Shown: positions 1 through 5,588 of the stretch, piece by piece
Layout of the letters: each line of letters begins with the position of its first letter
How positions within the stretch are numbered: position 1 is the first letter of the stretch
DNA from: a virus
DNA: 5,684 nt
Strand: one strand, 5' to 3'
IMG/VR virus record: IMGVR_UViG_3300029528_000021
Span: 1 to 5,684 of that record
Position numbers and translations under genes: made by a program
The notes under the pieces: model-generated
Told to the model about the DNA's origin: nothing
The model's database searches: none
What the model saw: the letters and a program-made list of their open reading frames with translations, nothing else

Positions 1-5
1 CACTT

Positions 6-398
6 TTATTCCTCCTTTGCTTCAGTTTCTTTTTTCGGTTCTGCTGCTGCCATTTTTTGCAGTTCTTCGAGTTTCATGGCGTTTGCCTGTGCGGTCGCTA
101 CCATTCGATGATACTCGTGAATGTTCTGCGGAAATTCCGTAATATCCGTGTATGTATCGTTTAATGCTCCCTCCGACAGACTTTTCAGAAACTGCGGGTC
201 AAAACTTGCTTTTCGGACAATGCTTTTGATATCACACTCATCCGCATAGCTTTCAATTTCCTGTTGGATGTCGATTGGTGCAGTTTCTTGCAGTACTTCT
301 TTTCCTTTTTCGTCCTTCGTCCAAACGTATTGCTTTTGCTCTTTTTCTCCTGGGTTAGAAAAGAAGGGCTTTCGCCCTTCTTCGTATCGTTTATTCAT
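6..398 (-). CDS. 130-aa hypothetical protein, acidic Lys/Glu-rich C-terminus; possible internal scaffolding (VP3-like) protein, placed immediately upstream of VP1
   Basis: ATG at 398..396 preceded by GGGAGGG 8 nt upstream (minus strand). Stop TAA at 8..6. The last codons AAG GAG GAA TAA themselves form the SD for the VP1 GTG start 2 nt downstream (tight coupling). No catalytic motif recognised, so function is inferred from size, charge and position only. Confidence 0.55.
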   Translation of the reverse strand: MNKRYEEGRKPFFSNPGEKEQKQYVWTKDEKGKEVLQETAPIDIQQEIESYADECDIKSIVRKASFDPQFLKSLSEGALNDTYTDITEFPQNIHEYHRMVATAQANAMKLEELQKMAAAEPKKETEAKEE

Positions 399-630
399 GC
401 GGCTTGCCCTCCCATACTTTTTCAGTATCGTTTGTGAACGTGCCTACTTCGTCTTCAAAGACTGCCAGTTTAAAGCCGGTATAGTCCTGGGGGCTCTGGC
501 CGATGAAGGTCGTTTTGTCCTTCTCCATCACGTTGCACATGCGTGCGAACGTTGCATTGTTTTTGCTCTCGCCTACCCATGCATAGCACTTTGCTACGTT
601 GTCCCAGATGCCATAATATTCGTGCTTCAT
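391..630 (-). CDS. 79-aa hypothetical protein (candidate VP5-like or accessory protein)
   Basis: ATG at 630..628 with AAAGGAA SD-like sequence upstream. Stop TAA at 393..391, 2 nt before the next ATG. Same strand and tight packing as flanking genes. No recognisable motif. Confidence 0.5.
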   Translation of the reverse strand: MKHEYYGIWDNVAKCYAWVGESKNNATFARMCNVMEKDKTTFIGQSPQDYTGFKLAVFEDEVGTFTNDTEKVWEGKPHE

Positions 631-648
631 AATGATTGTTCCTTTCTT

Positions 649-771
649 TTACAGCCGGATGCCACCCCGCATGGGTTTCTGGCTGAGGTTGATGGTTTTG
701 GTTTTTCGTGCCGTTACGTTGAACATTCGGCGGTCTTTTGCGCCGTTCATCTTCTTACGATGTTGTGCCAT
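649..771 (-). CDS. 40-aa highly basic protein MAQHRKKMNGAKDRRMFNVTARKTKTINLSQKPMRGGIRL; likely J/VP8-like ssDNA-binding packaging protein (not in supplied ORF track, below its length cutoff)
   Basis: Hand translation of minus strand. ATG at 771..769 preceded by AAGGGAG with a 7-nt spacer. TAA stop at 651..649. 12 Arg/Lys and 1 Asp in 40 residues. Microviruses encode a small very basic DNA-condensing protein (phiX174 J, gokushovirus VP8). Confidence 0.5.
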   Translation of the reverse strand: MAQHRKKMNGAKDRRMFNVTARKTKTINLSQKPMRGGIRL

Positions 772-979
772 CGTTGTACTCCCTTCTGATTAGTTCTAGC
801 TCAATATCATTTGCAAAATTTTTTGTTCGCCAGATTTCCTCTAGCATAATTTTTGCATCTTCTATGTCGCTTAGCTTTCGTAGCATTTTATATCCAGCGT
901 TGATTTCTTTGTATTTTTTTTCTAGAAGGCGTTTTAGTGATTCTTCGGGCTGGTCTCTTATGTTCCATGTTTTGTGCAT
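755..979 (-). CDS. 74-aa hypothetical protein, predicted helical, mixed charge
   Basis: ATG at 979..977 with GAGGAG SD about 9 nt upstream. Stop TAA at 757..755. Co-directional and tightly packed. No motif recognised. Confidence 0.5.
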   Translation of the reverse strand: MHKTWNIRDQPEESLKRLLEKKYKEINAGYKMLRKLSDIEDAKIMLEEIWRTKNFANDIELELIRREYNDGTTS

Positions 980-985
980 CGTGGT

Positions 986-1108
986 TTACTCCTCTTCGTT
1001 TTCGTTGATGCTGTCATGCAATGCATGATAGATTTCGTCAAGCTTTTCCAAAATCTGCATCATAAGACGAATTGCCTGCTTGACGTCTTTAATGGAAATA
1101 AGCGCCAT
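986..1108 (-). CDS. 40-aa small protein MALISIKDVKQAIRLMMQILEKLDEIYHALHDSINENEEE (amphipathic helix plus acidic tail); function unknown
   Basis: ATG at 1108..1106 sits 1 nt after the peptidase TAA stop and is preceded by AGGGGG with a 6-nt spacer. The longer track ORF 986..1186 starts inside the peptidase gene in another frame and is less plausible. Confidence 0.4.
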   Translation of the reverse strand: MALISIKDVKQAIRLMMQILEKLDEIYHALHDSINENEEE

Positions 1109-1109
1109 C

Positions 1110-1502
1110 TTATACCCCCTTTCTGTACTTTTTGGTACGCGTGTCGATGTGTACCCATGTGTTGTACACGATGATGCCGCATCCATCCGGAATGATTTTG
1201 TTTAGTTTGTTGGCAATTTCTTTTGCGGTCATACCATTGACCCGTATGTCTGCTGCCATTCCTCGCATGTGGTATGAGTACTTTGCACCGTCTACCGCTT
1301 TATTCCTTGTCGGTGTCCTGTATCCGCTGTTGATGTATACTGGCTTACCGACTTGGTTTCTTAAGATGTCTAGGATAGACACTAGGTATTCATCTATAAA
1401 AACTACTTGTGAGCCATCTTTACAAGCAAATTCTCGCACTTTAAAGTGCTGCCCTATTTTTTCGTTTGCGTCTTTGTCCATGATATAGCATTTGATGGCC
1501 AT
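1110..1502 (-). CDS. Peptidase M15-family (M15_3 / VanY-like, L-alanyl-D-glutamate-type) zinc peptidase; putative endolysin, 130 aa from the ATG
   Basis: Motifs in translation: FKVREFACKDGS, SGYRTP, YHMRGMAADI (H-x-x-G-x-A-x-D zinc ligands) and C-terminal WVHID (third His ligand). Size and motif layout match small phage L-Ala-D-Glu peptidases such as the T5 endolysin type. True start is taken as ATG 1502..1500 (AGAGGTGA SD, 5-nt spacer), not the track's GTG at 1511. Stop TAA at 1112..1110. Confidence 0.85.
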   Translation of the reverse strand: MAIKCYIMDKDANEKIGQHFKVREFACKDGSQVVFIDEYLVSILDILRNQVGKPVYINSGYRTPTRNKAVDGAKYSYHMRGMAADIRVNGMTAKEIANKLNKIIPDGCGIIVYNTWVHIDTRTKKYRKGV

Positions 1503-1526
1503 GTTATTCACCTCTCTTCATTTCTA

Positions 1527-1555
1527 ATTTTACCATTTTTTTTATCGCTTGTCAA
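1527..1555 (-). promoter_or_regulatory. Near-consensus sigma70-type promoter on minus strand: TTGACA (1555..1550), 17-nt spacer, TAAAAT (1532..1527), A-rich UP-like tract upstream; drives peptidase and downstream small genes
   Basis: Minus-strand read: AAAACAAAAAAACAATTGACAagcgataaaaaaaatggTAAAATtagaaatgaagagaggtgaataacATG. -35 matches consensus 6/6, spacing 17, -10 5/6. It sits about 25 nt upstream of the peptidase ATG. Confidence 0.5.
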
Positions 1556-1574
1556 TTGTTTTTTTGTTTTGAAT

Positions 1575-1588
1575 GGCGCTTTAGCGCC
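1575..1588. other. Short GC hairpin GGCGC-TTTA-GCGCC just upstream of the promoter (minus-strand sense)
   Basis: Perfect 5-bp GC stem with 4-nt loop, flanked by T/A runs. Possible attenuator, ssDNA structural signal or protein site. Confidence 0.3.
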
Positions 1589-1650
1589 TTGCCGTGTGGA
1601 GCGTATGCGGAACTCGGCTAAATCCATTCATTTTTAGCGCTGTGCGCGTT

Positions 1651-1761
1651 TTCAACAGTTTCAACAGTTTCAACAGGTTTTCAACAAAATATTGCACAAT
1701 GATTTCCGTCATTTTGACGAACTTTCAACATTTCAACAAATTTTCAACAAATCTTTCAACA
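1651..1761. repeat. Iteron array: 8 direct copies of TTCAACA (TGTTGAAA on the coding strand) in two clusters of four, spaced roughly one helical turn apart
   Basis: Plus-strand copies start at 1651, 1660, 1669, 1680 and at 1724, 1732, 1743, 1755, spaced 8-12 bp. Degenerate copies also occur between the clusters (TTGACGA 1714-1720, TTGCACAA 1692-1699). All are intergenic. Confidence 0.7.
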
Positions 1762-1861
1762 ATGTTTTTTGTTTTTTATTTACGTTTTAACGTTAAATTT
1801 TAGTACTTATCAACTTTTCCACATTGCCTACTACTACTTCTACAACAAGTTAATATTATAT

Positions 1862-1907
1862 CGCGCGTGCGCGCGTGCGCGCTACCGCGCGTGTGCGCAC
1901 GTGCGCT
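1862..1907. repeat. GC-rich alternating purine-pyrimidine tract (CGCGCGTG x2 + CGCGC, then CGCGCGTGTGCGCACGTGCGC) with perfect 12-bp palindrome GCGCACGTGCGC at 1895-1906
   Basis: Two 21-nt runs of strict Py-Pu alternation (1862-1882 and 1886-1906) in an otherwise AT-rich genome. Flanked by TATA-rich sequence. Potential Z-DNA or cruciform and imperfect long hairpin (arms match 14/20). Confidence 0.6.
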
Positions 1908-1965
1908 ATAGATTTAGTAATTTGATAGACTGAGTAGTCTGATACATGGAGTCTTTAGATGACAA

Positions 1966-1998
1966 TAGCCCAGTACTTACTTGATAGGTACTGGGCTA
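1966..1998. other. Perfect inverted repeat: TAGCCCAGTAC (1966-1976), 11-nt loop TTACTTGATAG (1977-1987), GTACTGGGCTA (1988-1998), 13 nt after Rep stop
   Basis: 10-bp perfect stem (11 with flanking T:A). Loop contains ACTTGATA. A second small hairpin GACAC-N7-GTGTC (2002-2018) overlaps the Rep stop codon. Candidate terminator and/or ssDNA origin-type structure. Confidence 0.5.
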
Positions 1999-2008
1999 GG
2001 TGACACCG

Positions 2009-3028
2009 TTAGAGTGTCCCTCTCTTCTTCATTTGCTTCTTTATTACCCTTTCTTTTGTCTTGCACTGTTCTGCAAAGTCTGTGTTTTCATACTTTAGTC
2101 GGTTTTCTGCTATTGCTGCTGCTTGTCTGTTCTGTTTAATTCTCCACAATCTTTGTGGGTTTTCGGCTTCCATCATTTTTTCATAATAACGCGGAATTTG
2201 TGCTCGCTTGCCGTTTGTGCATTGGATATATCCTTGTTTCCAGATTTCCGCTTTGTGTTCTTGATAATAGTGGTCTCCTAAGCCCGGCTTGAGACTCATA
2301 CATGCAAAAGGCTTTTGTTGCCCTAGCTCATGGTATGCGTTTGCTTTCTGGCCGTTTATTTCGTACATTTTTTTTGTGACGTACCCTGCAACATATCTAT
2401 ATGTTTCTGGCACTGCTTGTGCTATCTGTATTTGACCCATGCCCCATAGGTTTTCTAACCATTTACTTGTAAAATATCCGTTGTGTTGTATCTTGTATAG
2501 GTGCTCTAGGTCTGTTGGTTGCCATCCGTATAGGATCATATGATAGTGAGGTCTTGCTGTCTGTTCTCCGTACTCTCCCGCTACAAAATAGCGTAATTTG
2601 CCCCTATAAGCCTTTCTGAGACGTTTTAAGAACTTTTGAATGTCAGGATATAGCAACGTTTGGACGCTTTCAGGACGCTTCTCTCCCGGCTTCCAGATGT
2701 ATTGCACTTTTCGCATGATTTCACCTGTGTTTACAATCATTCCTGGTACGTGTTCATCGTCATAGGTTAATGTTATAAACCAAACTTCTTCTTTTGGATA
2801 GTCTCGTGCTTCTAATTCTATACGTGTTGTCCAGTCCTCTCTCTGTCTTATTCTACATCCGATGCACTGCCCGCACGGTATTAACATGACATCTTTTCTA
2901 TACATTAAATCTTCATATTTGAGCTGTTTTCCCGATATTTCAGAAAAGCGGGCAAGTGAATACACCCGCCCGCTTATGTCTTTGTTTTCCGGGTTGTACA
3001 GCCTTATCAATGGCTTGTAACAACTCAT
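2009..3028 (-). CDS. VP4: Replication initiation protein VP4 (rolling-circle Rep, phiX174 gene A homolog), 339 aa
   Basis: N-terminal MSCYKPL...PCGQCIGCR Cys cluster typical of gokushovirus VP4. RCR motif I FITLTY, motif II PHYHMILYG (HxH), motif III YVAGYVTKK (paired catalytic Tyr plus Lys). ATG 3028..3026 overlaps the VP2 TGA stop (ATGA). AGGTGAT SD 8 nt upstream. Confidence 0.92.
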   Translation of the reverse strand: MSCYKPLIRLYNPENKDISGRVYSLARFSEISGKQLKYEDLMYRKDVMLIPCGQCIGCRIRQREDWTTRIELEARDYPKEEVWFITLTYDDEHVPGMIVNTGEIMRKVQYIWKPGEKRPESVQTLLYPDIQKFLKRLRKAYRGKLRYFVAGEYGEQTARPHYHMILYGWQPTDLEHLYKIQHNGYFTSKWLENLWGMGQIQIAQAVPETYRYVAGYVTKKMYEINGQKANAYHELGQQKPFACMSLKPGLGDHYYQEHKAEIWKQGYIQCTNGKRAQIPRYYEKMMEAENPQRLWRIKQNRQAAAIAENRLKYENTDFAEQCKTKERVIKKQMKKRGTL

Positions 3029-3882
3029 CTTAAGTAATCACCTGGCCTTCTTTTTTCCCCGTAGGACCCAGTTTTGTCTTGTGGTGCTTGATAGCCGCTT
3101 TTTCTGTCGCTCTTTTTTGGTACGTTTTTGTTGATAGCTTTGCTTGTGTCTTCTCCGATTTCTGTTAAGGCCTTTTGCAGTCCGTAAGGCGTCATTTGTG
3201 TAGAACTGAGCATCTGCTGCCAGCTTTGCGCTGCATTGTACCAGTCGCTTTTACTCCAACTGTTGCTTTCGTATGCGTTAGGTACAAATCCTCCGCTTCG
3301 GCTTACTCCTAGTGCGCTGCTGCTTGCAAGTCCCATACTTGCTCCACTGATTGTTCCTGCACTTCCTCCCGGTGTGCTTGCGCCGCCGTTTGCGAATGCT
3401 AAGATAGGGTTAATCCCTGCTTTTTTCATGTCCTCAACGGCTCGCTGGTACGCTGTGTTTGACATGTGCTCTTGCCATTCACGGTTTGCTAGTGCTTCTG
3501 CACTGTTGTAGTTCATTGCTACGCTGTTTTCAATGTGGTTGTATACGCCTTGCATGATTGCTTGTAGCGTGTTATAGCCCATCTGTTTTAACATACTCTG
3601 GCTGTTGTATTTGCCTTGCGTGGCTGCTTCTTGTCCTTGGTATGCGTATGCCTGTTTTAGCCAGTCATTGACTTGCTGCACGTTGGTGCCCGATTGACTT
3701 CCGCTTTCGGAGTGTCCACCGCCTTGGCTTATGCTGCTGCCACTACTTTGGCTATTGCCTGTTTGCCCCCATCCGCCAAACGCTCCGGCTACGTTTTTAG
3801 CTGCTCCTGCAAAAGTTCCGATTGTGTTTGCTACGTTTCCCGCTACGTTTAGTGCTGTTAAGAACCCAGATAATCCACTCAT
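3025..3882 (-). CDS. VP2: Minor capsid / DNA pilot protein VP2 (phiX174 H-like), 285 aa, Gly/Ser/Ala-rich
   Basis: Immediately downstream of VP1. Low-complexity N-terminal region (GNVANTIGTFAGAAKNVAGAFGGWGQTGNSQSSGSS...). Size and composition typical of gokushovirus VP2. Conserved-looking GINPILAFANGG segment. ATG at 3882..3880. Confidence 0.8.
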   Translation of the reverse strand: MSGLSGFLTALNVAGNVANTIGTFAGAAKNVAGAFGGWGQTGNSQSSGSSISQGGGHSESGSQSGTNVQQVNDWLKQAYAYQGQEAATQGKYNSQSMLKQMGYNTLQAIMQGVYNHIENSVAMNYNSAEALANREWQEHMSNTAYQRAVEDMKKAGINPILAFANGGASTPGGSAGTISGASMGLASSSALGVSRSGGFVPNAYESNSWSKSDWYNAAQSWQQMLSSTQMTPYGLQKALTEIGEDTSKAINKNVPKKSDRKSGYQAPQDKTGSYGEKRRPGDYLR

Positions 3883-3910
3883 TTAAAAATAGCCCGGATT
3901 TCTCCGGGCT
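3883..3910 (-). terminator. Rho-independent terminator-like hairpin between VP1 and VP2: AGCCCGGA-GAAA-TCCGGGCT followed by ATTTTTAA (minus-strand sense)
   Basis: 8-bp GC-rich perfect stem (3891-3898 / 3903-3910) with a 4-nt loop and a 5-T run, directly abutting the VP2 ATG. A perfect SD AAGGAGG (3917..3911) lies on the upstream side of the stem. Confidence 0.55.
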
Positions 3911-3920
3911 TCCTCCTTTC

Positions 3921-5588
3921 TTACAGTTTGTACAAGCCCGGTACACTGTACAACGGCATCCGTCTTGTGGTTTTGTTTGCTACTCGGATAGCGCCGAAAA
4001 ATTGCGGCTCATCCTGCATGACGAGTGTGCGTGCAATTTCGGTCTTGCCTTCTCCCATCCAGCCTTGCGATAGTGTTGGTACGGTTGAATAATTGTCTGC
4101 GTAGTGCCAGAAATCCAACGTGCCTGTTGCGTTGCTTCGCATGAGGCCGCTTACCCGGTTTGGTTTCATTCGGTAGTCCGCCCAGGCCTCCTGATAGCCG
4201 AACGTTTCTTCGTCCGTTGCCGTGCCGGTCAACATGATTTCCTTTTTCTTTACAGGCTGCTCTCCCAGGTTTGCAAACTGTGGTACATAGTAGTCCAGTC
4301 TGTCCTCTCGGCTCCAGAAACGTTCCAAGCCCTGCTGATAACTGCGATTGTGTCGCACACAACAGACACCAATTACAAACCCATGCTCTTCAAAAGATTT
4401 GGTAAAAGAGCTTTCGTTTATCGGTGTCACTGACATTGCACCAGTTTCGCCCAGCGGTGACCTATCGTTTTCCGCTGTCTGCACGATTTGGTTGATATTG
4501 ACGTGGTATCTGCCACCGCCCAGGTATTCTGGAATCTGTACCGTTTTGTCGCTGATATTTACATTCCACAGTGCTTGTACCTGTTCGCGGTATCGGCTGC
4601 CGCCTCGTGCGAGCGCTTCGTAGTACTGCTGTACTGCTACGGCTTTTCTTAAGCCGTTGATGGTTGCTGCGGTTACACTGCTTAGGTCTGCACCTAAGTA
4701 TCCGCCTTTTGGAGCAGTGCCTTGGCTTGTTGATGCGCCTACAACATGTGTAGCTCTTGGGTCGCTTACTGTTCCTACTTCATTGTATATTTCTGGTGCT
4801 CCTGAGCCTGTACCGTTCAAGTAAATGCTATTGCTTGGTGTCATCTTTTTTTTCAGGTCGGTGCTGTCGAATAGGTTTACTGCTGCGTTACCTTCCATCG
4901 GCAGTGTTACTGCCGGCCCGCGCTGCGGATACGGTAAGCAGCTGGTAAAATAGTCATGGAATTTGTTTACCGGTAAGCACCTGCCACCGCTTATTGCTTT
5001 TATTAAGATTTGGTTTATATCGCTTTCGTTTTCTTTGCCGTCTTGATAATTTATATTGTTGTCATCGGTTTTGATGGTTGCTGCATTATCTACGTTTTCA
5101 TCTCTGAAAAATTCATTCCAGATTTTTACATACGCTCTGATTGGTAGTGCGTTTACTTTAAAAACGTTTTCAATTAGCGTTGGGACTCCCATGTAATCTA
5201 GGATTGATCCTTCATACGGTTCCGGATTTTCTTTTCTTCCGTTGATGGTGATCATGGGCACTTTATAGTCTTTTTTCGGCATCCACGGCGTTTCTTCTAC
5301 TTCTCCCATGAACTGCTTGAAATTATCCCATAGGATTCGGTTTGGACAATAGAAGTAATAGAAGTCAATGAATGCATCGTCCATCACCGGATACTTCGGT
5401 GTGCTCATTCGAATGATTGCTGCTGTATTTACGTTGAAGGTATCGCCCGGTAATACTTCGTCAACATAAAATGGAATCAGCTTGCCGGAATCGAACGTTG
5501 TTAAAATTGTCTGGTCGCGGTTGAACCGCGTTCGACTTGCTTTCATTTCTGGAATCTGATTAAAGTGTCTTTCATTGTTTCGATTCAC
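3921..5588 (-). CDS. VP1: Major capsid protein VP1 (phiX174 F homolog), 555 aa, Gokushovirinae type
   Basis: N-terminus NERHFNQIP...RTRFNRDQTILTTFDSGKLIPFYVDEVLPGDTF matches the conserved gokushovirus VP1 N-terminal block (HxF..IP, RSxFDRS, TTFDAGxLIP, DEVLPGDTF). Length appropriate. GTG start 5588..5586 with perfect SD AAGGAGGA and a 6-nt spacer. The nearest in-frame ATG (codon 15) lacks an SD and would remove the conserved residues. Confidence 0.95.
   Translation of the reverse strand: MNRNNERHFNQIPEMKASRTRFNRDQTILTTFDSGKLIPFYVDEVLPGDTFNVNTAAIIRMSTPKYPVMDDAFIDFYYFYCPNRILWDNFKQFMGEVEETPWMPKKDYKVPMITINGRKENPEPYEGSILDYMGVPTLIENVFKVNALPIRAYVKIWNEFFRDENVDNAATIKTDDNNINYQDGKENESDINQILIKAISGGRCLPVNKFHDYFTSCLPYPQRGPAVTLPMEGNAAVNLFDSTDLKKKMTPSNSIYLNGTGSGAPEIYNEVGTVSDPRATHVVGASTSQGTAPKGGYLGADLSSVTAATINGLRKAVAVQQYYEALARGGSRYREQVQALWNVNISDKTVQIPEYLGGGRYHVNINQIVQTAENDRSPLGETGAMSVTPINESSFTKSFEEHGFVIGVCCVRHNRSYQQGLERFWSREDRLDYYVPQFANLGEQPVKKKEIMLTGTATDEETFGYQEAWADYRMKPNRVSGLMRSNATGTLDFWHYADNYSTVPTLSQGWMGEGKTEIARTLVMQDEPQFFGAIRVANKTTRRMPLYSVPGLYKL

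Noticed and set aside
268-789. 173-aa plus-strand ORF (and the other plus-strand ORFs 738..1028, 974..1174, 1132..1488, 1446..1637, 3236..3511, 3822..4073, 4104..4433, 4348..4623, 4757..4948)
   Set aside because: All are antisense to well-supported minus-strand genes, lack SD sequences, and have Cys/Leu/Phe-rich low-complexity translations typical of reverse frames. Microviruses transcribe one strand only.
986-1186. Longer 66-aa version of the small ORF starting at ATG 1186 (MDAASSCTTHG...)
   Set aside because: It starts 76 nt inside the peptidase gene in another frame without an SD. The internal ATG at 1108 has an AGGGGG SD and begins right after the peptidase stop, so the short form is preferred.
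1503-1511. GTG start at 1511 for the peptidase as given by the ORF track
   Set aside because: The SD AGAGGTGA would sit about 0-1 nt from that GTG. The ATG at 1502 has ideal 5-nt spacing, and the three extra residues (M-N-N) are unlikely to be real.
1651-1761. Possible CRISPR array because of regularly spaced short repeats
   Set aside because: The repeat unit is only 7-8 bp with 1-5 bp between copies. CRISPR repeats are 24-48 bp with 26-72 bp spacers, and no cas genes fit in a 5.6-kb phage.
1594-1803. 69-aa plus-strand ORF spanning the iteron region (FNSFNSFNRF...)
   Set aside because: Its periodic translation simply reflects the TTCAACA repeats. There is no start context, and the region is intergenic on the coding strand.
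1790-1860. TAC TAC TAC TTC TAC AAC AAG triplet periodicity and TATA-rich stretch before the GC tract
   Set aside because: It is a weak, short low-complexity run in non-coding DNA with no supporting ORF or structure.
1927-1940. Small inverted repeat AGACT-GAGT-AGTCT
   Set aside because: The stem is only 5 bp and AT-containing, within chance expectation. It is noted but not considered a distinct element.
4009-4362. 117-aa minus-strand ORF, Arg/Gly-rich, embedded within VP1
   Set aside because: It lies in an alternative frame inside the capsid gene with no SD. The composition is typical of an out-of-frame read of a coding region. A phiX-E-like overprinted lysis gene would be hydrophobic, and this is not.
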